Part shown: one piece after another, positions 49,897-60,091 of the stretch
Layout: every line of letters starts with the position of its first letter
How positions within the stretch are numbered: position 1 is the stretch's first letter
Origin: Bryobacterales bacterium
GTDB lineage: Bacteria > Acidobacteriota > Terriglobia > Bryobacterales > UBA6623
Direction of reading: 5' to 3'
Assembly: GCA_041394905.1 (NCBI GenBank)
Contig: JAWKHJ010000018.1
Span: forward strand, 3,217 to 67,216
Length of the DNA stretch: 64,000 bases
Notes under the pieces: model-generated
Database searches by the model: none
What the model saw: the letters and a program-made list of their open reading frames with translations, nothing else
Told to the model about the DNA's origin: nothing
Translations under genes and position numbers: made by a program

Positions 49897-50217
49897 TCAC
49901 GCTGATCGCGCAAGCGCGACTTCCACGAACTGAAGCCCAATCTTGAATCGCCCGGCCTCGATCTCAGACACATGCGCCACCCGCGCCAGACCGTTGATCT
50001 TAAATGAGAGCTCCTGACTGCGTAGGTCGCCTTGCAGACTGACCAACGATCCGCTCTCGATGCGGACAAAGGCCTCGATGCCGACCCCCGTCTCCGACAC
50101 GTCAATCAGCTTCGCCATGATCGAGCGAGTCCGGCCGGCGGCGTTCGTCACGCCTAGACGCAAACCCGGAGGCAGGGAGACCACTGTGCGAGGACTGGCG
50201 CGGCGTTCGGCTCCCAT
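49897..50217 (-). CDS. single-domain PilZ protein
   Basis: ORF track 106 aa. ERRASPR (RxxxR) and DVSETGVG (DxSxxG) motifs. Confidence 0.7.
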   Translation of the reverse strand: MGAERRASPRTVVSLPPGLRLGVTNAAGRTRSIMAKLIDVSETGVGIEAFVRIESGSLVSLQGDLRSQELSFKINGLARVAHVSEIEAGRFKIGLQFVEVALARSA

Positions 50218-50268
50218 CGCAGAAACATATCGGCGTTGGGAACCGAACCCTGTAGTGCCTTCGGCGCG

Positions 50269-53200
50269 CTAAAAGCTGAACCGCAAGCCGAACTGCTGCT
50301 GCCGAGGAAGTCCGAGCGTCGAGGTGATTTTACCCGCGTCCGGACTCGAGATGTTCGTGTTGGGCGTGCCGTAGGAGGGATGGTTCGTCACGTTGAAGAC
50401 CTCCCAACGGAATTGCAGCTTGAAGCGTTCGGTGAGTTGGAAGCTCTTCATCAGGCCGACGTCCCAGTTGAAGATGCCTCCCTCTTGCATCGAGTTCCGG
50501 CCCAGGTTGCCATAGGTCGGATTGCCATTGGCGTCGAGCGGCGTGGCGAACGCCGCCGGATTGAACCACTGCGCCGGCGACGGGTTGGCCACACGATGGT
50601 CGCCAATGACATTCGGCCGCCAAACGCCAGGCCCGTTGGTTCCCAACTCGGCTGCGGAATTGGCCAATGTCACGTTGTAATACTGGCCCGTCTGCATGCT
50701 GACGATGCCTGTCATCTGCCAACCGCCGAAAATGGCGTTGATCGCCCCGCCTTTATCTAGCAGCCGCTGCCCCTTCCCGAACGGCAAGTTTAGGATGTAG
50801 CTGTTCACGAGCCGCTGCCGCACGTCGTTGCTCGTGCTGCCTCGCTCACATGAGAAACACGACGTATTTTGCGGTCCGTTATTGTCGCCGCTGACGAAGA
50901 TCTCCGACGTCTGGCTAATGCCGTGCGACCAGGTATAGGCCGAGGTGAACTGGAAGCCCTGCGAGAAGCGCTTCGTCAGCGTTGTCTCGAAACCGTGATA
51001 GTTGCTGTGCGCCGCCGGCGTGCGGTACGTCAGAGCATTTAGAGACGGAAAGAAGACGCGGCGCTGCGCCTCTGTCGCCGATGGGCCAGGCCCTGGAGCA
51101 TTGATGTTGTAGTCGAGCGGAACGTTCGTCGACGAAGACCCAACGTAAGAGGTCGTCAGCGCGAGCGTTTGGCTGAGCTGGCGTTGGACGCTGAAGTTCC
51201 ACTGGTAGACCATTGGCAAGGGGTGGTTGCGGGCCCAGGAGCGCATCACCGAATTCGCCGGCAGATCAGCGACGCTTGTGACGGGTGCGTCCAAATCGCC
51301 CAGGAAGTCCGACGGGATCCCGTCCTGGAGCAGGATCTTCGGGGCCTTCGAGGTTCCGCGGGCGGTCACGACCGCCACAAACGGATAGTTCCGTAACATG
51401 CGTGCGCTGGCGCCGAGCCCTGCCGAACCGCCGTAAAAGATGCCGCTGCCCGCACGCACGGTCCACCTGGCCCCAGGCTGCCAAGCAATTCCCACTCGCG
51501 GCGCCAGATTGTTCTTGTCGAAGCTGATCAGCGCGCGGTCGGCCAAACTGTCTCCCTGCTCGCCCGCGCGAATGATCCGCCCGAAATCTGGCCCAGCGTC
51601 GAAAACGACCGTGTTCATCTTGTCGTTCCTCTCCACCCAGGGCTCCGTCAGCTCGTAGCGCATCCCAAGGCTCAAGGTCAGGTTGGGACGGATCTTCCAG
51701 TCATCCTGGAAGTAGCCCATCCAACTGTTGAACGTCATGTTTGCGTCGATCGTCGTCCCCGACGAAACCTGATCGACCCAACCTAGCAAGCCGTCCCCCA
51801 ATCCGATGCCGGTGTAGCGGCCGTTGAAACGGATGGTTCCGGTAGCGTTCTGCGAGCCGAGAATGTCAGAGAAATCGTGCCGGATGTCCACGCCCGCCTT
51901 GAAGCTGTGATTACCACGGATGAAGGTCAGGTTGTCGACGAACTGCATCGTGTCGCTGACCTTTCCATTGGGCAGGTTGTTGCTTCCGCCGAGGCTGATG
52001 TGCGCCAGCCCGCCAGCAAGTTGGATGCGCGGTAGGCCCAAGATCGAGGGATCTTCGTTGAAGCCCTTCAGCCCAAACTCCTGGTTGAGCTCGGATTGCG
52101 GCGGCGTGTTGGGCTGCACCTTGTTGACCTTCAGGTGCTTGTAACCGAAGCGCACCTCGTTGATCGTCGTCGGGGAGAACACGTGCGACCAAGACGCCGT
52201 CATGTGGTCGCCTCCGTTGTCGTCTAGCCCTCGGTCGTTGCCCACGCCGCCGCGCGCGATTCCCGGCAGAGGCGCGTCCCGCAAGTTGTCATAGCGATAG
52301 TGGCTATAGCGAACGAAGAAGTTGTCGGTCGCCGACAACGTGTGGTCATAGCGAAAATCCATCTGGTCGCGGTCGGTCTTCCACGGCGGATTGTTCACGA
52401 AGTTGCGCCGTGTATTGTCGGAAAAGTTCGGATTCGGGTAGAGGTCAACCAGCTTCGCGTAGACCGGATCGAACCGCGAAGCCGGGATCGCCATGTTCGC
52501 AAACGTGCCGCCCTCAGGGTCTTTGAGCGAGCTCAGGCCGGTGGTCTGGCTGAAGTCGCCTGACCGCTCGAGCGCCGTCGGCACGATCACGATGTCGGAT
52601 TGCGACTTGCGCAGTTTCCAAGCCTCCCAGCTCGCAAAGAAAAAGGCCTTGTTCTTCTTGATCGGCCCGCCGAAAGTGACGCCGTACTGGTTCTGGCGCA
52701 AGACTTCCGGATCGGCTTTACCGTCGCCGTTGCGATCATTGCGGGCAAACGCCTCGCGGGCGTCGAAAAAGTCGTTGCGCAAGAACTCATACGTCGAGCC
52801 ATGGAACTCGTTCGTTCCGCTGCGGATGGTCACGTTGACCACCGCGCCCGCGTTGCGGCCATACTCGGCGGAATAGTTTGAGGTCTGGATCTTGAACTCC
52901 TGGACGGCGTCCATCGAGGGAATCATGGCCTGCGCCTTGCGGTCCTGCTGGCCCATGACGGTCGAATTGTTGTCGATGCCATCGATCAGATAGTTGTTCT
53001 GTTGGGCGCTCTGGCCGTGGCTCACGAAGCCGCCCCCGAGGCGGGCATCGCCCAGCGGGCCGCGGTCACGGCCGCCGATTTCCGGCGCCACCCCAGCCGT
53101 GAGCTGCGCCAAGGACTGATAGTTGCGGCCGCTGATCGGCAAGTCCTCGATTTGCTCGCGCTCCACCGTGTAGGCCAGCGTCGCCGACTCGGTCTCGAGC

Positions 53201-53570
53201 AGCGGCGTGGCGCCGGTCACTTCGACGACTTCGACGACGTTGCCCACTTCCATCCGGAAGTTCATACCAATGCGGTCGCCGGAATGGATCTCGATACCGG
53301 TCTTGACCGAACGCTTGAACCCCGCCGTCTCGACCGAGATCTCGTAAACGCCCACCTTAAGCGGTCCCGAGACGTAGATGCCGGAAGCGTTCGACTGCTC
53401 TCGACCGTAATGCCCGTGTTGACTTCACGGATCACAACGTCCGCGCCAGGAATGACCGCGCCGCTCGCATCCATCACGGTCCCTGTAATGACGCCTTGGT
53501 CCTGCTGCGCCTGCAAGAAGGGCGCGACGGCCAACAGCAGGGTCGCCGTCAAAGCAAATCGCAATTTCAC
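50269..53570 (-). pseudogene. TonB-dependent receptor, CarboxypepD_reg-plug-barrel type (third copy); one frame break
   Basis: 53262..53570 frame carries MKLRFALTATLLLAVAPFLQAQQDQGVITGTVMDASGAVIPGADV...ESSR. 50269..53355 frame carries (NASGIYVSGPLK)VGVYEISVETAGFKR...GLRFSF. The break at about 53389-53393 is consistent with one lost A in GAAAC. Confidence 0.85.
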
Positions 53571-53845
53571 CTCGTACCTCTCGAACTCGTTCTTGTCGGG
53601 TCTTGTCCGGGCAGTCGCTCAAACCAAACCGCCTCACTCTCAGCTCGGTTTCACTACGCGCGGCTATCGCGCGCGTGGCTGACTGCAGAAGGGCCACAAC
53701 GAAGTTGCGGCTCTACACTATAACCGAAAGTCGTTATTTTGAGGTACAGAAATTTGCTAGCCCTGGTCAGGCCTTGATAAGTGATCGTAAAAGCTACGAC
53801 CACCGTCATCCAAGCAGAGGGAACGAACGTCGAAACGCGCGCCGA

Positions 53846-54112
53846 TCAGCGCGCGAGGCGGAAGGCTTCGGAAGCGGCGATCCAGAGGTTGACGAGCCCC
53901 AGCCCGCTCACAGCGCCGCGCACGTACGAGTTGAGCCAAAGCCGGCTCCACTCGGGAAAAAGACTGACGAAGAAGTTGTTATCCCACAGCAGCGTCCACG
54001 GCAGCAGCAGCAGGATGAGGCCAATCTCGAGGCAGAACAACAGGAAAACGACGCGGACGACGCGGCGGCCCGACTCTGGTGCGGCTTGCGGCGTGATGGC
54101 GCTGTCAGACAT
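53846..54112 (-). CDS. small two-TM membrane protein, hypothetical
   Basis: ORF track 53846..54130; start at ATG 54112 (MSDSAITPQ) preferred. Hydrophobic segments VVFLLFCLEIGLILLLLPW and GAVSGLGLVNLWIAA. Overlaps the rnhB end by a few nt. Confidence 0.5.
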   Translation of the reverse strand: MSDSAITPQAAPESGRRVVRVVFLLFCLEIGLILLLLPWTLLWDNNFFVSLFPEWSRLWLNSYVRGAVSGLGLVNLWIAASEAFRLAR

Positions 54113-54848
54113 CTCCGCCTCCGACCGCAAAGAGCGACATCTGCGGGTCTAGCCGGGCTTCGGCAGGCAACGCGACCGAAAAGCCGGCCACTGCTGCAAC
54201 CGGAGCGAAACTGAACCGGTGCGCCGGCGTGGGACCGTGACGCTCCAGCGCTTCCAGGTGATCCGGCGTAGAGTAGCCCTTGTTCCTCGCCAGGTTGTAC
54301 TCGGGATAAATCTCCGCCCAGCGCCGCATCCAGGCGTCCCGTTCCACCTTGGCCAGGATCGACGCCGCGGCGATCGAGCGGCAGCGCGCATCCCCTTTGA
54401 TCAGCGGACGATGCGGGATGGCGACCTGCAGCCGCATGGCGTCGGTCAGCACGAAGTCCACCGCAACGGACAGCTTGGCGAGCGCCTGTTCCATGGCCAC
54501 GCGGGCCGCTTGGTAGATGTTGATACGGTCGATCCAGCCCGCATCGACCGACGCTGTCGCGCAAGCCACGGCGCGCTCGCGGATGCGTTCGGCGAGCGCC
54601 TCGCGGCTGGCGCGATCCAGCATCTTCGAGTCGTTGAGTCCCCGAATCGGGCGATCCGGGTCGAGCACCACGGCCCCGGCCACGACGGGGCCGAACAGAC
54701 AGCCCCGCCCTACTTCGTCCACGCCCGCTACCCAGACATACCCCGCCTCGCGCGCTTCGCGCTCGAAGCGGCTCGAGGGCCTGGCGGGCAAGCTCGCCGG
54801 AGCAGGCTCCAGCCGCGGCAGGCGTTCATCTAGGGGCGGGCCCGGCAC
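54105..54848 (-). CDS. rnhB: ribonuclease HII
   Basis: ORF 54105..54965 trimmed to GTG 54848, downstream of the rplS stop. VAGVDEVGRGCLFGPVVAGAV, DSKML and ASILAKVERD motifs. Confidence 0.85.
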   Translation of the reverse strand: MPGPPLDERLPRLEPAPASLPARPSSRFEREAREAGYVWVAGVDEVGRGCLFGPVVAGAVVLDPDRPIRGLNDSKMLDRASREALAERIRERAVACATASVDAGWIDRINIYQAARVAMEQALAKLSVAVDFVLTDAMRLQVAIPHRPLIKGDARCRSIAAASILAKVERDAWMRRWAEIYPEYNLARNKGYSTPDHLEALERHGPTPAHRFSFAPVAAVAGFSVALPAEARLDPQMSLFAVGGGDV

Positions 54849-54855
54849 GCTCGTC

Positions 54856-55212
54856 TTAGCGAGTGTCGCGCTCCACCAGACGGGCGGCTTTGCCGCGCAG
54901 ATTGCGCAGGTAGTAGAGCTTGGCGCGGCGCACCTTGTGGCTGCGCGTCTTCTCGATCTTCGCAATCACCGGCGCGTGCACCGGGAAGATGCGCTCGACG
55001 CCGATGCCACCGAAGCTGATCTTGCGCACCGTGATCGTCTCGCGAACGCCGAGGTTGTTGCGCGCGATCAGCACGCCCTCGAAGACCTGGATGCGTTCCT
55101 TGTCACCCTCACGGATGCGCACGTGGACCTTGACGCCGTCGCCAATGGCGAGCTGCGGCACGTCCTGCTTCATGTGGGCTTTGCCAATCTTTTCGAGGAC
55201 TGCGTTCTGCAT
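54856..55212 (-). CDS. rplS: 50S ribosomal protein L19
   Basis: ORF track 118 aa. [28 protein letters not shown]. Confidence 0.95.
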   Translation of the reverse strand: MQNAVLEKIGKAHMKQDVPQLAIGDGVKVHVRIREGDKERIQVFEGVLIARNNLGVRETITVRKISFGGIGVERIFPVHAPVIAKIEKTRSHKVRRAKLYYLRNLRGKAARLVERDTR

Positions 55213-55245
55213 CTTCGATACTCCCGGCGCCCGCGGCGCCTCGAT

Positions 55246-56010
55246 CTACCCTTCTCGCGTGGACGAAAGCTCGTCCAAAATTTTCCGGTCTTCCGCGCTT
55301 AGCGCCGCCGTCTCGAGCAGGTCCGGACGATTCCGGAGCGTCTTCTCGAGCGCCGCGCGCCGCCGCCAAAGCCGTATTTTCTCATGGTCGCCGCTCAACA
55401 AGACCTCCGGTACGGTCCATCCGTGCAACTCCGCCGGCCGCGTGTAGTGAGGATAATCCAACACCCCTACGCGGTCCGCGTCATCGCTCGAGAAAGACTC
55501 GCGCCGGCTCGACGCCTCGTTGCCCAGCACGCCCGGCAACAACCGAGCCACGCTGTCGACCACCATCCCGGCGGCCCATTCGCCGCCGCTCAACACAAAA
55601 CTTCCAACCGAAAGCTCCTCGTCCACCAGGCCCCGCTCGACCACGCGTTCGTCGACTCCCTCGTAGCGGCCGCAGATCAGCACGACTTCGTCGTACCCGC
55701 TCAGCCGCCGGGCGTCCGCCTGGTCGAACAACTTGCCTTGCGCCGAGAGCAGCGCCTTTCGCCGCCGCGCCTCCGGCCGCCGTCCCTCCAGCTCCTCCAG
55801 AGCCAGAGCGATCGGCTCAACCTTCATCACCATCCCTTCGTCGCCGCCGAACGGCCGGTCATCCACCGTCCGGTGCCGATCGAAGGTCCAATTCCTCAGA
55901 TCGTGCGTCTCGATCTCGATCAGGCCCGCATTGCGCGCCCGCGAAACCACTCCATACTCGAAGGGCCCGCGAAAAAAGTCCGGGAAGATCGTAAGCAGAT
56001 CGAACCGCAT
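55246..56010 (-). CDS. trmD: tRNA (guanine37-N1)-methyltransferase
   Basis: ORF track 254 aa. MRFDLLTIFPDFF, VDDRPFGGDEGMVM and ICGRYEGVDERV. Confidence 0.95.
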   Translation of the reverse strand: MRFDLLTIFPDFFRGPFEYGVVSRARNAGLIEIETHDLRNWTFDRHRTVDDRPFGGDEGMVMKVEPIALALEELEGRRPEARRRKALLSAQGKLFDQADARRLSGYDEVVLICGRYEGVDERVVERGLVDEELSVGSFVLSGGEWAAGMVVDSVARLLPGVLGNEASSRRESFSSDDADRVGVLDYPHYTRPAELHGWTVPEVLLSGDHEKIRLWRRRAALEKTLRNRPDLLETAALSAEDRKILDELSSTREG

Positions 56011-56020
56011 CTTCCCTCGC

Positions 56021-56554
56021 TCACGCGTTGAGGTCCTCGAGCCCTTCCGGCAACTGGACGCGAATGCTCTTCCTTTCCGGGTCGACCTCGATGCAGATCT
56101 CCTTGATGAAGGGGATCAGAATCTCGCGCCCGTCGCGCACAACCTCCAAAACCAACGGCCCGCCCGGCTCCTGGATCGCTTCGACCGTTCCGATCTCACG
56201 GTCCGTCTCAGCGTCCCGCACCACACAGCCGACCAAGTCGACGTAGTAGTATTCGCCTTCCGGCGGCGCCCCTAACTCCTCATACGGGATACAGACTTCC
56301 GTCCCCCGTAGTTCCTCAGCGGCCGAGATCGAATCGACGCCTTCGAACTTCAGGATCAACCGGCCTTGATGATCCCAAGCGTTTTCGATCTTTGCCGTCG
56401 TGAACCGCCCTGCCGGGTCACGGAGAGTGACCTCCGTACCGTCGGCGAAGCGGTCCAAATCCTCACACAAGTCCTGCGCGGCGACCTCGCCGCGATTGCC
56501 GCGCGGCTTGGTGATCCTCGCCAGAGCGATCCACTGCTTTTCGTCCTCGCTCAA
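56021..56554 (-). CDS. rimM: 16S rRNA processing protein RimM
   Basis: ORF 56021..56611 trimmed to TTG 56554, after the KH-protein stop. IARITKPRGNRGEV, and a PRC-barrel end LIPFIKEICIEVD. Confidence 0.85.
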   Translation of the reverse strand: MSEDEKQWIALARITKPRGNRGEVAAQDLCEDLDRFADGTEVTLRDPAGRFTTAKIENAWDHQGRLILKFEGVDSISAAEELRGTEVCIPYEELGAPPEGEYYYVDLVGCVVRDAETDREIGTVEAIQEPGGPLVLEVVRDGREILIPFIKEICIEVDPERKSIRVQLPEGLEDLNA

Positions 56555-56561
56555 CCGGCCC

Positions 56562-56822
56562 TCAGGGCTCGAGAATGTCGAGCGCGTAGCGCCGCTTGCG
56601 CTTATCGCCATAGGCGTTCAACACCGTCCGGATGGACTTGGCGGTGCGGCCCTTCTTTCCGATGATCTTGCCCAGATCCGACTCCTCGACGCTGAGCTCG
56701 AGAACTCCGCCCGCGCGGCCGCCCTTGGCGAAACGCACATCGACGGCGTCCGGCTCGTCGACGAGCGCCTTGGCGATGAGCTCAACGAGCTCGACGGCTG
56801 GATCCGTGGTGGACTCGGGCAT
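56562..56822 (-). CDS. KH-domain RNA-binding protein (YlqC/UPF0109-like)
   Basis: ORF track 86 aa. DLGKIIGKKGRTAKSIRTVL GXXG loop. Confidence 0.9.
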   Translation of the reverse strand: MPESTTDPAVELVELIAKALVDEPDAVDVRFAKGGRAGGVLELSVEESDLGKIIGKKGRTAKSIRTVLNAYGDKRKRRYALDILEP

Positions 56823-56842
56823 GGAATGGCCTCCCTACTTTA

Positions 56843-57283
56843 CTACCCCTCGGCTTCCGGCTTGGCTTCTTCTTCAGCAGCTTCTTCAGCGGCAGCCGGC
56901 GCTTCCTCAGCGGCCGGAGCAGCCTCTTCTTCAGCCTTCGCCTCGGCAGCGGGAGCCTCCTCGGCCTTCGGCTTGGGCGGCGCCGGAGTGGCGGCCGCGG
57001 CCGCTTCCTGCATCGCTTTCCGCTTGGGCTCTCCGAAGCTCGCACCGTTCTCGTCGAAGTACTTGATCAAGCGCTTGACCGTGTCAGACGGCTGGGCGCC
57101 CACGCCGAGCCAATAGCCGATGCGCTCACGCTCCAGGTTCAGCTCGATTGGCTCCAAACGCGGGTTGTAGTGGCCCACGATCTCGAGCGTCTTGCTGTCC
57201 CGCGCGCGGCGTTTGTCAGTCACGACCACACGGTAGGTCGGTTTCTTCTTCGCGCCCGTGCGGGTCAGGCGAATGGCAACCAT
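56843..57283 (-). CDS. rpsP: 30S ribosomal protein S16 with Ala/Glu/Pro/Lys-rich C-terminal extension
   Basis: ORF track 146 aa. MVAIRLTRTGAKKKPTYRVVVTD... core of about 85 aa followed by a low-complexity tail. Confidence 0.95.
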   Translation of the reverse strand: MVAIRLTRTGAKKKPTYRVVVTDKRRARDSKTLEIVGHYNPRLEPIELNLERERIGYWLGVGAQPSDTVKRLIKYFDENGASFGEPKRKAMQEAAAAATPAPPKPKAEEAPAAEAKAEEEAAPAAEEAPAAAEEAAEEEAKPEAEG

Positions 57284-57380
57284 GTCTTTTCAATCCTCCA
57301 GAATCTCTTCTCGCGCGCTCACCGGCGCGGCGAGAGCGTCATCCCTTGCAAACTTTCCCTTTGTACGTTCTGTCGCCGCC

Positions 57381-58774
57381 TCAACGGCCAAAGAAGCCCG
57401 GCATGCCTTGCGGATCGTAGGCGAGCGGCGTCCGCCCCACTTTTCCCTTTTTCTTCCGCTTCAAGCCGCCCTTCTTCAGCCCTCCGGTCATCATCCGCAT
57501 CATCTTGCGGGCTTCCCGGTACTGCTTGAGCAGTTGATTGACTTCCTGCACGGTCGTGCCGCTGCCCTTGGCGATGCGCCGGCGGCGGCTGCCGTTGATC
57601 ACTTCGTGATTGCGCCGCTCCTTCAGCGTCATCGAGCTGATGATCGCCTCCACGCGGCCCATCTCCTTGGGATCGACTTCGACCCCCTTGAGCTCCTTGA
57701 ACGGCCCAACACTCGGCAGCATCTTCAGAAGCGAGTCGAACGAGCCGAGCTTCTTCAGCGACTGCATCTGCTTGAGAAAATCCTCGAGCGTAAACTCGTT
57801 GTCGAGGATCTTCTCCTGCATCTCGAGCGCTTGATCCTTGTCGATCGTCTCCTCGACCTTCTCGATCAGCGACAAGACGTCGCCCATGCCGAGAATGCGC
57901 GAGACGATGCGGTCAGGATGGAATTGCTCGAAGGCGTCAGGCTTCTCGCCCACGCCCACAAACTTCAGCGGACGCCCTGTGACCTGGCGAATCGACAGCG
58001 CCGCGCCGCCGCGGGCGTCGCCATCCATCTTGGTCAGGATTACGCCGGTGATGCCGAGCCGGTTGTGGAATTGCTCGGCGCTCTTCACCGCGTCCTGTCC
58101 GGTCATGGCGTCGGCCACGAACAGGATTTCGGTCGGCTGCAGCTCCTGCTTGAGCTGCTCGAGCTCGACCATCAGCTCTTCATCGATATGCAGACGGCCG
58201 GCGGTATCGACGATCACCACGTCGCGCCCGGTCTGCACAGCCTCGACCTTGGCCTTCTGGCCAGCTCGAGCGGCGCTTTCTCGTCCGGTTCGCCGACGTA
58301 GATCGGCGCGCCGATCTGGCCGGCCACCACGCGTAACTGTTCGCGCGCTGCCGGACGGTAGACGTCAACGGAGACCAACTGCGGCCGATGCCCGTTCTTC
58401 GTCAGCCACTTGGCCAGCTTGCCCGTCGAGGTCGTCTTACCCGAGCCCTGCAAGCCGACGATCATGTAGACCGACGGAGGGCTCGAGGCGAACCGCAGCT
58501 TCGACTCAGTGGAGCCCAGCAGCCGGATCAGTTCGTCCTTTACGATCTTGACGACCTGCTCGGTGGGCGAAAACGCCGTCAGGACTTCCTGTCCCAGCGC
58601 CTTCGTGCGGATGTTCTCGATGAGCTGCTTGACGACCTTGAAGTTGACGTCCGCCTCGAGCAAAGCAAGACGGATCTGCTTCAAAGCCTCCTGAATGTTG
58701 GCTTCGGTGAGCTTGCCCTCGCCGCGCAAGTCTTTGAAGACGCGCTGCAGCTTCTCTGAGAGATTCTCGAACAT
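57381..58774 (-). pseudogene. ffh: signal recognition particle protein Ffh; one frame break
   Basis: 58214..58774 frame carries MFENLSEKLQRVFKDLRG...GLQGSGKTTSTGKLA...GEPDEKAPLELA. 57381..58238 frame carries QKAKVEAVQTGRDVVIVDTAGRLH...DARGGAALS... M-domain ...KKKGKVGR. The break is at about 58248-58253 (CTGGCCAG). Confidence 0.9.
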
Positions 58775-59019
58775 CGCCTAACGAGCTGGGACCGGGGGAC
58801 ACACGGACGCTGCCGCGCGGACACACGCGGACGCACGATTCCCGAGGAACCTCGTTCCATTGTAGAGGGCGCTCGCCAGGAGCGTCAATCACTGTGGCGA
58901 CACGGCGTTCTAGGGAAGTTGTCGAACATCCAAACGGTCCTTCGGTACTGTTGACGCTTGGCGCTGAGCGAAATGAAAATCATATGTACCCCTAGGACGT
59001 GGCAAATAAAAGGCCCAAA

Positions 59020-59367
59020 ATGTCTTTCGCAGCCCGCGCACTTCAGGGCTTCACTCAGGCCCTCGGTTTTGGCAAGCCCTCCAACAAGGAGCGGCGGAAG
59101 GCCAATCGCCTGCCCGGTCACGCCGGCGTCCTGCTACTGATGCCCGGCGACGACGGTGCGGAGGCTCGCATTCAAGCTAACGTCGTGGACATCGCCCCCG
59201 GCGGAATGGCGGTGCGCTCGACCAAGAGCGCCGCCCTGGGCGCGCCGCTGCGCGTCAAAGACGCGGGCCGCATCCTGGCATGCATCGTCCGGCGTGTTAC
59301 CCCGGACGGCAAGGAGTTCATCCTCGGCCTCGAGTTCGAGAAATCGGGAGACGCCGCCACTGGATGA
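59020..59367 (+). CDS. single-domain PilZ-like protein
   Basis: ORF 58999..59367 with ATG at 59020 (MSFAARALQ). ERRKANR plus DIAPGGM motifs. TTGACG at 58951-58956 with GAAAAT about 18 nt downstream. Confidence 0.6.
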   Translation: MSFAARALQGFTQALGFGKPSNKERRKANRLPGHAGVLLLMPGDDGAEARIQANVVDIAPGGMAVRSTKSAALGAPLRVKDAGRILACIVRRVTPDGKEFILGLEFEKSGDAATG

Positions 59368-59428
59368 CTGCTCGCCTGAGCAGCTTTTTTCCGGCTGCAA
59401 TGATGCGGTTCCTCAGGCGGACCGCGCC

Positions 59429-59938
59429 TCATTGCACGCGATTGAATGCTCCGCCGATGGCGCCCGTGGACTCCGCGCGAGCGTCGCGCAAGGTCCGCGT
59501 TTCGCATTTTGCTCCCGCCGGCACGACCGTCCCGCAACTCGCGATGTGCGTATTGAACGAACAGATCCCGTGTCCCGGCGACTCGATCTCAAACATGCCG
59601 GCGGCTTGATTGCCCGCCTCCACCGCAATCTCGAGCGCCCGAGGGGAATAGCTGAAAGCCATTCGCTGCTCGAGATTCGGGTCGCGCCGAGGCTGCTCGT
59701 AGCATCCGATTTCAGGGTAGATGCCGACGTAGACCACACCATCGGAGCACGCGCTGGACGTCGCCACGAACACGCGATAACGCAGCATGCCGTCCTCGGA
59801 CTCTTCCGGCAATCCAATCTGATTGCTCTTGATCAGCACCAAACAAGTCCAATCTTCCGGACGACTTCGCGGCAATGCCGACTCCTGCGCTGCCGCCGGC
59901 CAAGCAAGAACAGTCGTGAGGATGAGCATCCGGAGCAT
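59429..59938 (-). CDS. hypothetical secreted protein with six Cys
   Basis: ATG at 59938 (MLRMLILTTVLAWPAAAQ) inside ORF 59429..60583. No family recognised. Confidence 0.5.
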   Translation of the reverse strand: MLRMLILTTVLAWPAAAQESALPRSRPEDWTCLVLIKSNQIGLPEESEDGMLRYRVFVATSSACSDGVVYVGIYPEIGCYEQPRRDPNLEQRMAFSYSPRALEIAVEAGNQAAGMFEIESPGHGICSFNTHIASCGTVVPAGAKCETRTLRDARAESTGAIGGAFNRVQ

Positions 59939-60091
59939 GGCGCTTGGACGCGGCGCTGGAGTCAGGGGTACATCCCAATTTCGGGACTTCCTGGGCCGGT
60001 TTCGAGACGGGTACATCTCCAAAAACCTAGAAGAATCGCCCAGCGCCAAACGGCCCCCGGCGTGCTCCGGGCTTATCATGTGGAGCCGGAA

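Noticed and set aside
53603-54214. 203-aa plus-strand ORF spanning the TBDR3 upstream region and the small membrane protein gene.
   Set aside because: It is antisense to a hydrophobic two-TM ORF with a better coding pattern. Its product is a charged, Gln/Arg/Asp-rich low-complexity sequence.
58800-58850. Direct repeat GGACACACGGACGC / GGACACACGCGGACGC upstream of ffh.
   Set aside because: It is a short, imperfect, GC-rich low-complexity repeat seen only once in the window. There is no evidence of function.
58885-59121. 78-aa minus-strand ORF in the ffh/PilZ intergenic region.
   Set aside because: It overlaps the PilZ-like gene start and promoter-like signals, and has no ribosome-binding site or family resemblance.
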